DNA of 62,413 nt, counting the filler, from Corallochytrium limacisporum Hawaii (taxonomy: Eukaryota > Protista > Pluriformea), in the NCBI GenBank assembly GCA_002811645.1. It is 4 parts of 4 records of this genome, joined end to end, with 100 filler letters (N's around TTAATTAATTAA, not from the genome) between each part and the next. Parts side by side here need not be neighbours in the genome. Positions count along the whole stretch, not along the records: positions 36,675 to 55,097 come from PDIP01000145.1; 3 more parts are not named here. One strand, written 5' to 3'. Within the stretch, counting starts at the first letter, position 1, and the number at the start of each line of letters is the position of its first letter. The position numbers and the translations under genes were made by a program. Shown here one piece after another: positions 44,179-55,197 of the stretch. The notes below the pieces were generated by a model. That model searched no databases. It was not told where the DNA came from and saw nothing but the letters and a program-made list of their open reading frames with translations.

Positions 44179-46899
44179 GGCAACACGCTGGGTGCGCTTT
44201 CTCCTCACTTGTATCTCTGCCATAGGATCATTACTGTGGTCCAACCACGGGTCAAAATACAGAAATACCATGTACGTCCCACAAGGTGTCATGGTCAGAG
44301 CATCAGGGAAGTCTCTGCGCGCAGTGGACTCTCCCAAGTTACCTTTGCAACCTTTGTGTAAATGCTGCCCGACCCCACCATTGCGAACTCGACCGCTGGA
44401 GCGTAGGTTCGTGGACCCGTCCGGAATCGTCAAAACAAAATAGCATGGAGAAGAGGGCGAGTAACGAAACACGCGGGGTATCGGAATGATGCTCAGGATA
44501 GTCGTGTGGATGTATTTCTCTTACCGTGCTGCTGCTGACTTGCTCCCAGGTTTCATGCCCACTGTGTTTTACAGATATTAGATTATCTATGACTTCCTTG
44601 CTGTTGTGCTGATGATCGCCTAGAAACAAATCAAAACAGATGGCAATACAGTAGTATATCAGCCTTCACCTAAGCCAACGGTCAACTCGTGCAGGTAGGT
44701 GCCCCATTTGATGGGCCGCATGAAGATGAGACCCCGCACCACTTCTTCCAGGGCAAGATCCATTGCTTTAATATTAAAACTGTAAACTAGGTGCTAGCCA
44801 CTCCGAAACGGTGGTATAGAATTCTTCAAGGTTGAAACAGTATGCGCCACCCGGCTCGCCAGCGACGAAGAAGAACATATCAGCAGCCACAGGACACTCT
44901 GCACGCACTGAGCACCTTCAGTCGGACTACTTGGAAACCGGGTACCGCGCTGCAATACTAACATAACCTGGATTTCTTGATGAGTTTCTTTATCGGTCTG
45001 CTCAATCTCCCTTGGTCCTGCGTGCCAGTTTCTCTGTGCGATATTGGGGACACTGGCTTCCGTGGATTGCGCCTTTAGGTGCGGAAGCGATGGGAGAGAA
45101 GGCCACCCCGGGGGAGGGAAAGAAGGGGGAGGGGAAGCCAAGAGGCGACCATTTCCCCCATCACTCACAGCCAATCTACCAACAAACCACTGGACATTCC
45201 TTCCTAGTTTTGTATCGCTGTATAGAAAATGGTGGCGGTTCACGGAGATCGACGCCCGACGAGTGCAGGGGGGCAAGCAGAAGAGCTACCAATGGCCAAG
45301 ACAGTGCTCAACAATTAGTATGAGAACACTTTAGAGCCCACAGCGCAATCACTTCTTAACATCATCGCACGCGCACATCTCAAGGATCCGCGGAGGACGG
45401 ATCCCAGCTGTTAATTGTTATGACCGTTCAGCCATCTCGCAGTTTCGTGAGCCATATCGAACTCTGCCACTCCACTGTATTCTTCAAAGTACACGACCCC
45501 AGCCCTGACCTTACAACACGCAAATCCTCCAGGGGAACAAAAAAGAAATTGGTGGTGGTCTGCAGCGAAGGAACTACGCGCTGCTGGAATGGCGCGGTAT
45601 TGCATCATCGGAGCTAGCCGCTCCGCTGCGGTTTGACCTCAGACTGATGCTACACATATTACAAATGTTGGTACTCTCTCTTGCTTTAACCTCTCAATAA
45701 CTTCAGAAACATTCGATCTCCAAACACGTTGGTCCTCCGGTATAAAGCCTATCATCTCGTTGTGCATCTCACGTACACTAATGCTCATCTGCTATACGCA
45801 CGCATTACATCCAAACGGATGGACTGAAAAGTCTGCCGACACATGCAAAAGCCATGCTGAAACTGTGTCTCCAAACGACCGGAGCGTGAGGTGCTCTGGC
45901 AAAGACTCTGGACTTGGGGCGGTTGGGGCAGTGATCTTGAAACAAGTAGGAAAATGGATATCGACGGCGTAACGCCGGGTCCATCATACAACGGTAGCGA
46001 CAATGCAAGGCACCATGCATGAGCGCGTAGTCCCTTGTTGGTGTCAAATAGTGAATCAATGGTAGTCTGAAGCCAATGGACGCAGGCAGAGGGATGGGGA
46101 GAAGCCGTAGACTGCGCACGAGAGGGCACTGATTCCAATACTACAGACAATGCATGAGTTGGTACACCGTGTCCTGCAGCTTAGAGGTTCAGAAACTCCA
46201 AAACGACCAATGATTGCGTCGTTTTCTCAGTTTTCCTTAGTCCATACATCTCGATCCAAATCGTTTGCCCATGATCAGATCTATCAAGTGCACGCTTCTG
46301 TAGTGCCGCACCGACGCTGTGATTATTTTTAGGTCCCCGTTTGTCAGCAACGGCGTACAGCTCGAAGGGTAAGCACACCTCGTATCGATTCATTCAAAGC
46401 ATTCTCGCGTACAACCAGGAGATGGGTGCATCCAGATGGTAGATGATGGGCATCATGCCTCCTGCTGTCGCTGCCATGGTGTATTCTACGTGGCGGCGCG
46501 GGTCGCTGGTCGATGCATTCAAAGCTCATTCCGAGTCATTAGTGCGGATCTGATGGGCGGCCCCGTTGGATATGTCTGTCTCTGGCCGGTGTGGATTGAT
46601 CGGATTCCGACTTGCCTGGAATGCTTCCTGGACCTGCGCAACCGCAAAACCTTCATGATTCCGTAACTGTCTTGGGCTGTTGCTTCCCGACAACCATTTG
46701 TTTACCAAATCTAAGGAGGGATCAAATGTCCCCGGAACTGTAATTGTTGGGCGCGCAGTTCAAGCTGTCGTTAAAAATGGACTCCCAATGTTTTATTGAC
46801 GGGTCCCCTAAAATCACTGGCCGTGTATGGTCGAAAAAGGGATGGCTATTTTTGGGAACGCCTATGCGCGAGAGACTTTGGTTATTTAGCACTGTGGAT

Positions 46900-46955
46900 C
46901 TCAACTCATACTAATTCTCAACTCATACTAATGCTCAACTCATACTAATGCTCAA
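46900..46955. repeat. 17-bp tandem repeat, about 3.3 copies (CTCAACTCATACTAAT[T/G])
   Basis: Units at 46900, 46917, 46934 and a partial unit at 46951. Confidence 0.95.
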
Positions 46956-47005
46956 GCTTGAACAGATTTATTGCGAATGTGTGCGATAGAAAGAATACTG
47001 CAGTG

Positions 47006-47800
47006 ATGTCGATGAAAACAGCCGATCAGATCTTTAGTGTCAGGAACCGAGTGGCTCTGGTCACCGGGGGGAACGATGGGTTTGGCAATCGTGTAGTCCG
47101 AGCGCTAATTGCCAGCGGTGCGCGGGTGTACTTCACATCAAGAGATACTAAGCAAGGGGATGAGGTAGCCAAGAAGTTGGGACCCGACTGCCAATGTGTA
47201 CCCACGAGTGGCGACCTTACGAATCTGCAGACCCTACGCCAGGTTACTGATTACGTCCGTGAGCGTGAACCATGTCTGCATATCCTCGTTAACAATACAG
47301 CCATGACTCATCGTCATGATCACTTTCAGCCTTCTGGAGACGAAAATTACAGGGCTTTCACCAAAACTATTTCAGTCAATCTCCAGGCCCCGTTCCATCT
47401 CACTCAGCTGCTGCATCCCTTGCTCAAACAGGCGGCAGAGACCAGCGGTCACGCCAGCGTCCTGAACATTAGTAGTACATCTGGTCAGAAGGTCCCTGTC
47501 TACGACATGTTTGCGTACAGCAGCAGCAAGGCCGGGCTCAACCACCTGACCCGCCACTTGGCTAATCATCTTGGACCTGACCGTATCACTGTGAATGCGC
47601 TTGCTTTGGGCATCTTTAAGTCTAAGCGAATTACCGATGAAATGCTGGAGGAATACGTGAAAAAGGTACCACTACGCAGAGCGGGAGACGATGACGATGC
47701 TGCTGCTGCGGTGCTCTATTTCTGTAGTCCAGCAGGCAAGTACGTCACTGGCACCACCATGGCTATAGACGGCGGCGCCCTGATTGGGTCGTCCTTATGA
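47006..47800 (+). CDS. Classical short-chain dehydrogenase/reductase, RhlG-like, ending in -SSL
   Basis: VALVTGGNDGFG, ILVNN, LNISS, YSSSKA, ITVNALALG, YVTGTTMAIDGG. Confidence 0.92.
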   Translation: MSMKTADQIFSVRNRVALVTGGNDGFGNRVVRALIASGARVYFTSRDTKQGDEVAKKLGPDCQCVPTSGDLTNLQTLRQVTDYVREREPCLHILVNNTAMTHRHDHFQPSGDENYRAFTKTISVNLQAPFHLTQLLHPLLKQAAETSGHASVLNISSTSGQKVPVYDMFAYSSSKAGLNHLTRHLANHLGPDRITVNALALGIFKSKRITDEMLEEYVKKVPLRRAGDDDDAAAAVLYFCSPAGKYVTGTTMAIDGGALIGSSL

Positions 47801-47925
47801 ATAGTGATAACATCCAATGCTGAACGGGAAAGCTTACATAAACAGACCACATAAAGTGCATACCAATTATCAGTACTTGTTGAGTCTCAAAATTCTTTAA
47901 CGTTTAATTATGGTACATTGAAAAC

Positions 47926-48213
47926 TTACGACTTTCGTCCCGTCCTAAATGTCGCACCTGCCTCTTCTGGTGATGCGTCAGTTACCACGACTTCTTCGAC
48001 CTTTGCTCTACGCGGTCCCTGCCAGAGCCATTGGATCAGCTCATCCACAGCAGATTGAGGTCCGCAGGCGAGAACTTCTACGTCGCCATTTGTACAATTT
48101 AGTGCATGGCCGCGTATTCCGAGTCTACTGGCTTGTTCTTGGGTATTCTTTCGGTAAAAGACACCCTGTACGATCCCACTAACTCTGCATCGTTTGCACA
48201 CAATGTCCGACAT
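47926..48213 (-). CDS. acyP: Acylphosphatase
   Basis: VSGIVQGVFYR (catalytic Arg), GHALN (catalytic Asn), GDVEV, WLWQGP..AKVEEV. Confidence 0.93.
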   Translation of the reverse strand: MSDIVCKRCRVSGIVQGVFYRKNTQEQASRLGIRGHALNCTNGDVEVLACGPQSAVDELIQWLWQGPRRAKVEEVVVTDASPEEAGATFRTGRKS

Positions 48214-48890
48214 GACGTCCCGGAACGATTTATACGTAGAATTCAGACTCCTCAGAACACTTAAAAGTTATACGTGTGTCGCATAGTTAGTTTAGCCGAA
48301 GTTCAACAATCTACATGGTTTTGTATGGTGCACCCTATGAATGAAGGACCCCGCTTGGACAAAGCTCTGGGCCTCCCTGCACACAGCAAATCAAATGGGG
48401 GCCTAAACAGAAAACCTTGCTCCGGTGAGGAAGGAAAATTTGCGCTTTCCGGTCCTACCCCCCTCCCCCAGCTGCATAAGAAGCAAGCGCCGCAACTCCT
48501 CGAACCGGCCGAATCAACTAAATTACAGTCGTGGCAGACCAGAATAAAATGCAATTGTACTCAACATAGATATGATTGTCTTCAACGATGTACACAAGGA
48601 GAGATGGTTTGGAGAACTGTCTCCGTTTCAGATGAGTCTGAACTTTTATCCTGTCAAGCAAAACCTAGAGCACTAAAGTGCGTTGAGCCGAACAGACGAT
48701 GTGCAGTCAATTTTGTTGTACTACGCATTATGTCTAGCACCCACTTTCCCGAATTTAACCTAGAAGAGAATATGACTAACCGGAAACTACAATTATTTGT
48801 CATCTCTTATCATCAATCTTGGATGACAATCCTGTAAATTGTATACTGAATTGAATTTGAACATTGCAGTGAGAGGAAATTGAATTATAT

Positions 48891-50048
48891 TTAAAAACTC
48901 CGAGACGTTTCGAGGCCACGATCAAAGTCACTCACTGTCTGTGAGCGGGAGACTAATGGTGGGTTTGCAGAGAAGTCTTGGGTCCACTGCTCATAAATTT
49001 GTAGCCACCTTCGGATCAGATAGTTTAGATTGTACTCATTTCTAAATATCTTAATGAATGTGGCAAGTTCCCACAAATTGTGAGTGCGCACAACTGTTCC
49101 TGCAGTTCTGATGTTTGATAGTTGCAGGCCATGCCATACGATCTGGTCATCAGACTCATGGCGATCAATGTGATTCATCAATTCTTGGAAAAGTTTATCA
49201 CTTTGAAATTGTGAATCATCTTCTAGCAATACAAAGTACTTGCCACCAACACCATAGCTGTACTTCAATAAATGGCTCACATCTACATTCCGTTTCACCC
49301 GACGGTGAGCGAAGCCAAGGCTTTCTTTGTAAGGGTCTTCAATAGTTACACCGGAGGTAGCCTCGGGATAGAAGGGATAGAACGCCTCCGGCACCATAGG
49401 GCACAGTATCACAACGCCAGATTGAATCTCTGCAGCAAACTGCTTCTGCAAGGCACCCTGGATGGTCAAAGAGCGCAATGGGTCCGGCTCTGCTATTTGC
49501 ACAACAACCGCTACTTTATTGTGGTCGTCATGCCCCACAGCCTGCAACAACTTTGCCACCGTATCCTGCACGGCCAGTCGTCCATGACCATTGCCACCCT
49601 TGCTGATGGTGGAAGTATCTACACGGTACTCACCTTCGTATTCTTCATACCAAGAGGTAGTAATCCCAAACACAACAACCACGTCCTCTCGCTTCACCGC
49701 CGCCGGTGGTGGTGCGACAATCAAATGGTCATCTCTCAAACCGTGCAAATGCTCGCCCACAGATTCGTATCGTTTTGCAAGCTCCTGGGCTTCCGCAGTA
49801 TAGCTGACATCCTGCGCCTGTCGACGAGCAGCCTGAGCCAATCGTATATCTGCCTCTTCAGCGTCCAGCGCCGCAGCGAGGGCCAACTGTTCCTCAAGCT
49901 GTTTATGTAGTGCAAGCCGTTGCTGCACCAGGGCAGCTTCATTGTCTTTCCCATCACTCCATGGCCCAGGAGACGCAGCATTTATGACAACAACCAACAG
50001 AAACAGCACCAAGGAGAGGCAGAAAACAGGGTTCAGCAAGTTCCTCAT
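48891..50048 (-). CDS. GT54 / MGAT4-like N-acetylglucosaminyltransferase, type II membrane protein
   Basis: N-terminal TM helix, coiled-coil stem, VVFGITT, VVVQIAE, RVKRNVDVSHLLKYS, YFVLLEDD; start at ATG 50048. Confidence 0.75.
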   Translation of the reverse strand: MRNLLNPVFCLSLVLFLLVVVINAASPGPWSDGKDNEAALVQQRLALHKQLEEQLALAAALDAEEADIRLAQAARRQAQDVSYTAEAQELAKRYESVGEHLHGLRDDHLIVAPPPAAVKREDVVVVFGITTSWYEEYEGEYRVDTSTISKGGNGHGRLAVQDTVAKLLQAVGHDDHNKVAVVVQIAEPDPLRSLTIQGALQKQFAAEIQSGVVILCPMVPEAFYPFYPEATSGVTIEDPYKESLGFAHRRVKRNVDVSHLLKYSYGVGGKYFVLLEDDSQFQSDKLFQELMNHIDRHESDDQIVWHGLQLSNIRTAGTVVRTHNLWELATFIKIFRNEYNLNYLIRRWLQIYEQWTQDFSANPPLVSRSQTVSDFDRGLETSRSF

Positions 50049-51131
50049 ATCCCAAACATCTCCTGCGGGTTCCACTACTGTTGTTCAGAATTCACTCAGT
50101 GCGTTCCCACAGCTGATACAGTGTTTCCATGCCGTGTACTATCTATAACTTCTATGCCCTGACAAGTGATTGTCACATTTGTCTTCGTGCTCAACATCGA
50201 CAGTCCATGTAAAACCTTTCTCAGTCTAGTTTCCAAGAACAAAGCGATGCTGTAAGCAACCTTGTATTGCTCCCAAGGACAGTTTGATTTACCATGACTG
50301 TGCAGTGCACTTCCATGTGCCTCTCTACTTCCTCTCCTGCAACTAGGTAGTGGGGCCCAGCTGGAATCGACCCGTTAGGGCTCTGTTGTCGGCTCCTAGT
50401 AATTGCTAGAGCACACAGCCATCCTGCCGCTCGGTATCTACCGAAGCGCAAGGCACGGCACATCGGCAGATAGATGACAGAGCCAAAGGGGCCGTCCCTG
50501 CCATTAACCGCGCTCCCCCGGCGGGGAGGGGCGTCTTCACTGGAAAAGCTGTGAGTAGGATGGAAAAGGGTGTCTACAGCGGAGAAATGGGGGAGGGGGG
50601 GGAAACGGGGCCGGGAGACGGACGTGAGACCGCACCCTTTTTTGTTTCGGCCTTTGGTAAGAATTCCCATGAGGAGTTTCTTTATCCAACATAGGATTGC
50701 TATGGTGTTTTTGCCAAAGCTCCTGTACCGTTCATTCCATCGCTCGTTTGGCCTTTCATTTTTTTGTCGTCTTGATGTCGTATCCCCAGCTGTAACATCG
50801 AATTGGCCCCTCCGGATTTTCTTCCTGATCTTACAGTCAATTTACATCGGGTTCCTCGATCCAGTTATATCATATTGTACATATTTTCCCATTGTGTTGG
50901 GATCTTTTTCGCGCGTCCATTGTGAGGACTATTTGCCGGCCGCCGTGACCCCAGAAACGCCAGTTCACGCCTTGACGTACATTAGTCATCTGAACGTGCT
51001 CTGTCAGATCATTAGAATCTCTCCCTGGATCGAATATTTAACGCTATCGGTGTTTACTGGAGTGCTTGCTTAGTCGGAGTACTTCTCGCCTATTCTTTAT
51101 AGGGGAAGGGGAACCCGCGGGAAGGGCGGGG

Positions 51132-51465
51132 NNNNNNNNNNNNNNNNNNNNNNNNNNNNNNNNNNNNNNNNNNNNNNNNNNNNNNNNNNNNNNNNNNNNN
51201 NNNNNNNNNNNNNNNNNNNNNNNNNNNNNNNNNNNNNNNNNNNNNNNNNNNNNNNNNNNNNNNNNNNNNNNNNNNNNNNNNNNNNNNNNNNNNNNNNNNN
51301 NNNNNNNNNNNNNNNNNNNNNNNNNNNNNNNNNNNNNNNNNNNNNNNNNNNNNNNNNNNNNNNNNNNNNNNNNNNNNNNNNNNNNNNNNNNNNNNNNNNN
51401 NNNNNNNNNNNNNNNNNNNNNNNNNNNNNNNNNNNNNNNNNNNNNNNNNNNNNNNNNNNNNNNNN
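51132..51465. other. Scaffold gap within the divergent GT54/GT8-like intergenic region
   Basis: N run with G-rich flanks. Confidence 0.95.
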
Positions 51466-51817
51466 GGCAAAGCGACGCAGTTTGGGGTGAGGGATACATG
51501 GCCAGGAAAGCGAGGGGCGTGCTTAGGTGGACTGGCATGGCTGCTACACTGCTGCTTCTTGGTCTTGCGTATGAATAGTTCCATTGGAGAGCTAATGGAT
51601 ACGGAATCTGATTAGGAAAGCTCCTTGAAAGCTTTGTTTCCAGACATGACAGTATTCATTCACCTTTCACATAGACAGCCGCATACGAAGATATACTACA
51701 GTTTGGATACAGCGCGACCCACACTATGACATAGCCCGTGTGAGGACCGAGTGTCCAAAGTGTAAGACTATTGCATATACAGTCTAGAAAAGTATATGTG
51801 ATACATAGATTGCCGGC

Positions 51818-54800
51818 ATGGGTGCACATAAATATCCGAGGAAACGCGACTCTGTTGGAATATGTATTCCAGACAAAGGGTTTACCGGTCGCCGAGCCTT
51901 TGCCAGGAAATGGGAACCGTTTGTCGTCTTCGGGCTCTTAGTGTGCATAGGACTATACTTTTCCAACGACAATGTTCATTGTAGACTCACTGGGTCACAT
52001 TGTGACACGGCTTCGGAGGCGGGATCAGAGCCCATGCCCACACACACAGTGACAAGCATGTCTCACTTCCAGCCATTGCTAGAGTACGGACGCAATGGGA
52101 TGCAGGTACCCCATCTTAGGTATAGTATGACTGAACAAGTATCCAAATCTTCGATACTGTTTTCGTCTTCGAGCGATGGGAGTGGCGTTGATAGGTTGAT
52201 TCATGTTGCCTACGCGTTGCGGCCACGGGAGCATTGGAGCAATATCATCGTGTCCTTGTCCACATTGATAAGCAAATGCAAGGAGCGCAGTAAGAGGCGG
52301 TTGCGTGTTCATGTCGTGGTGCCTCAGACGCAGGCAAGCAAATTCGAAGCGATGCTGCAAGTTGTCTTTCAGAATGTCTTGCAGCAAAATCCACAGGCTT
52401 TCCGGGTGATTCCTCAAACGGAAGCTCTAGTTGTCGATGAAGATGACGAACATGGTAACATTACACATGACTATGTGCATGACCGAAGACCTCGTCAGCA
52501 TCTTCTGCTAAAGCATCCAGAATTGCTTGGGTACTATTTTAGTCTCGGAGATCTGCCGGTGGGATCAACAGGTGCCGGACTGCCGAGTGATGGTCGGAGA
52601 ATTGACAAGTTGCTGCTTCTACCCACAAGTGCGCTGCTCACTATTGATGTTGCCACTCTCTATGAGAATTATCTGTTTCATAGTGATGAGCAGGAGAATT
52701 ACAGCAACTGGATTGCTGCAGTACCAACTGATGATGTTACCCTGCATCAGGCGATTGAGTTGACATTCAAACTCGGCAACAACAGCGGCGACGCTTCTAG
52801 AGACATCACTGCCAAGAGCGTGGAGCAGGCTCTTGTCTCCACCGGTATCGATACCACAAAGCAGCTGATGCCCAACCTTAGCATGGTGCTCTTACGTCTG
52901 GATGTGTTTTTCAACCTGGGATATGATTGGTACATTCCTTCTCTGACCACCGACAGTGATAATGTTCCTAGCATCCGTAGACGAGAAACAGGAAAAGAAA
53001 CAGAAAAGTTAGAAGGCAATTGGGAACTTAAGGAAAAGGCGAAATCAGGTGTTGATCCGTACTTAACTTCTCTCCTTGCCTACGCTGCGTACCAGCCCAT
53101 TAACATATCTCTACTGCGTGGTCTTCCCACTGGGGACTTTCAGGACCGGAAACAGCGCTCGCTAAACGGTGTATTCGTCGACGATGCGGCACTCCAGAAA
53201 TTCGCCGTGTGGCAGTTTGATGGGCCAAAGGGTGACCGGCAATGGAGCATTCCTCCCGATCAACACAACATAATGACCAAGACATGGTCTGTCATCTACA
53301 AAAAGGCCATTCAACCGGTGGAGACCTCAAGCACTCTTAGCACCTATCTGCCGAAACCCATGTACGAATTGTGGGGCTGGCAGAGAGATCGCTTCAAGTA
53401 TGAGGCCCGCCTTGGGGATAGCGTCAAGAAGTGGATGAAACGTATCCGGAGTCGGGTAGTTGTGACGGTCATGGACGGCGGTGACAGCGGTGATTCCAAC
53501 GAACATCCAATCGTATCCCAGAATTACGACGTGATCCGCAAAGTGACAAAAGCATTTTTCTGGAAGCAGAGGCAGCATCAGCGCAAGCACCCGACAAAGG
53601 TTGAGCTGCATGTAATGGACTATGAGGCTGATGCGGAGCAGCTGAGCCTCAAAAACATCAGCGCGGCCCACTACGCAATTCCTGCCATGCACGTTCTGCC
53701 TACTGAACACAATGGCTCCAGGCTAGCACTCTCTCCTGCCATGGCACGGTTGCACCGAGAGCGATCTACTTCTTTGCCTATGCCAAATGCCCATGTTGAT
53801 TTGGTTTCTGCTGTCATGGACCCACAGCTCTTCTGTGCGACGCTCAGGGCAATTGACTATTCCAGAGGACATGGTCCAAGTCAGAGCACTGGAGTAGTCA
53901 TGCCACACTGTCTGACTCTGGATGAAATGAAAACGGCAGTTCTCCAAGGACAGCAAAGGGGCGGTGATTTAGGCGTGGTCTATCAATACGATTCTGACAC
54001 CGGCAATGGACACCATCGCCCCGGTACCGCACCGTCAATGGTCGACCTCCAAAGCACAGACATCAGCAGGACCTTTGACAACGTTGCTAGTCAGCAACAG
54101 TCCTACTTTGTTTCCTCGTCTGGTACCTCTCCTCATGTTGCCCTTGCTGTATCACCATCGCGGGCACAGATGATCAACCAAGACAAGAAGGCGTATGAGA
54201 TTGAAGCGCGGCAGCGCAGGACCGCGGACAAACCTCTCATTATTGCTACCGTCCTTATCACCTCACTGGAGCCCCTGACTCTGTGGGTGCACAAAGATCT
54301 GAAGTCAGCAAGGTTTGCCGGGAACCAGATCCTGCGAGGTTCAGCGACACAGGATTATGCCAAACATGTGGAGATGTCACGCTCTTTGACCACGTTTTTC
54401 ACTGCCTTTGTGCAGCAGATGCGAAAGCAGGACAGTAGGCAGCACGGTATCCCCAGTGCTGTCTTTCCTTCACTTCGTGATCGCGATTTATCCCAGGAGC
54501 TCCTGCTGTTCCACGTAGTCTTTGAAGACCCCAAGGACACGCGCCTAAAAAGACCCAACCTGATTGGTATTTTTGCGCCGGACCTTAATCCGTTTGACCC
54601 GTGTCGGAATGGCATGAAAATGGACACAGATAGCCTTCGTAGCCCCTGCGGTGGGGCGTACCATGACATTCCTCCTTTGTTCGGCCTGACCGCGAATTTT
54701 TCCGAGCAGGCCATGTCTGCGTTGTCCGCACGAGTTGACGAATTTTGCCACGCTGAAGTTGTAGTGGGTGCCAACGTGTGCGCCAATCTGTCAGTCCGCG

Positions 54801-54994
54801 ACCTTTTGAAGCGCACTTTGATCATGCAGTACCGCAATATTGAGGTGGCCGCTCGCAACGCGCAAGCTGCTGACCTATCGCTGTGGTCACTATCTATGCC
54901 ACACAATGGGTGGGATTCTGACCTCCAACCATTCCTCTCAGCGATGACAGAGGCTGAGATGGAGTTCTATCGCGCATACCTCGCCGTCCTCTAA
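51818..54994 (+). CDS. 1058-aa type II membrane protein with a divergent GT8-like domain and a possible TTL/ATP-grasp-like C-terminal region
   Basis: Long ORF; TM FVVFGLLVCIGLYF; IHVAY..IVSLSTLI..LRVHVV and DKLLLLPTSALLTIDVATLY resemble GT8; VLITSLEPLTLWVH..ARFA resembles the TTL family. The ORF is secure; the domain calls are tentative. Confidence 0.7.
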   Translation: MGAHKYPRKRDSVGICIPDKGFTGRRAFARKWEPFVVFGLLVCIGLYFSNDNVHCRLTGSHCDTASEAGSEPMPTHTVTSMSHFQPLLEYGRNGMQVPHLRYSMTEQVSKSSILFSSSSDGSGVDRLIHVAYALRPREHWSNIIVSLSTLISKCKERSKRRLRVHVVVPQTQASKFEAMLQVVFQNVLQQNPQAFRVIPQTEALVVDEDDEHGNITHDYVHDRRPRQHLLLKHPELLGYYFSLGDLPVGSTGAGLPSDGRRIDKLLLLPTSALLTIDVATLYENYLFHSDEQENYSNWIAAVPTDDVTLHQAIELTFKLGNNSGDASRDITAKSVEQALVSTGIDTTKQLMPNLSMVLLRLDVFFNLGYDWYIPSLTTDSDNVPSIRRRETGKETEKLEGNWELKEKAKSGVDPYLTSLLAYAAYQPINISLLRGLPTGDFQDRKQRSLNGVFVDDAALQKFAVWQFDGPKGDRQWSIPPDQHNIMTKTWSVIYKKAIQPVETSSTLSTYLPKPMYELWGWQRDRFKYEARLGDSVKKWMKRIRSRVVVTVMDGGDSGDSNEHPIVSQNYDVIRKVTKAFFWKQRQHQRKHPTKVELHVMDYEADAEQLSLKNISAAHYAIPAMHVLPTEHNGSRLALSPAMARLHRERSTSLPMPNAHVDLVSAVMDPQLFCATLRAIDYSRGHGPSQSTGVVMPHCLTLDEMKTAVLQGQQRGGDLGVVYQYDSDTGNGHHRPGTAPSMVDLQSTDISRTFDNVASQQQSYFVSSSGTSPHVALAVSPSRAQMINQDKKAYEIEARQRRTADKPLIIATVLITSLEPLTLWVHKDLKSARFAGNQILRGSATQDYAKHVEMSRSLTTFFTAFVQQMRKQDSRQHGIPSAVFPSLRDRDLSQELLLFHVVFEDPKDTRLKRPNLIGIFAPDLNPFDPCRNGMKMDTDSLRSPCGGAYHDIPPLFGLTANFSEQAMSALSARVDEFCHAEVVVGANVCANLSVRDLLKRTLIMQYRNIEVAARNAQAADLSLWSLSMPHNGWDSDLQPFLSAMTEAEMEFYRAYLAVL

Positions 54995-55097
54995 GAAAGA
55001 AACAGTTTTTGAGATGTCATAGTAGATACTACTATCCTCTGCGTCGAAATATTGCTCCAAATCACATTTAATCAACCGGAATAAGGAGGGAGGGAGA

Positions 55098-55197
55098 NNN
55101 NNNNNNNNNNNNNNNNNNNNNNNNNNNNNNNNNNNNNNNNNTTAATTAATTAANNNNNNNNNNNNNNNNNNNNNNNNNNNNNNNNNNNNNNNNNNNN
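55098..55197. other. 100-nt assembly gap with artificial TTAATTAATTAA linker
   Basis: N44-TTAATTAATTAA-N44. Confidence 0.95.

Noticed and set aside
46900-46955. Possible CRISPR-like array
   Set aside because: Contiguous 17-mers without spacers, no cas genes, eukaryotic context
48238-48252. AATTCAGACT resembling RNase P RNA CR-V
   Set aside because: No CR-I partner; lies in the short leader of the acylphosphatase gene
11572-55153. Three identical TTAATTAATTAA 12-mers (11572, 36619, 55142)
   Set aside because: Each is centred in a 100-nt N block; this is an assembly linker with stops in all six frames, not biological sequence
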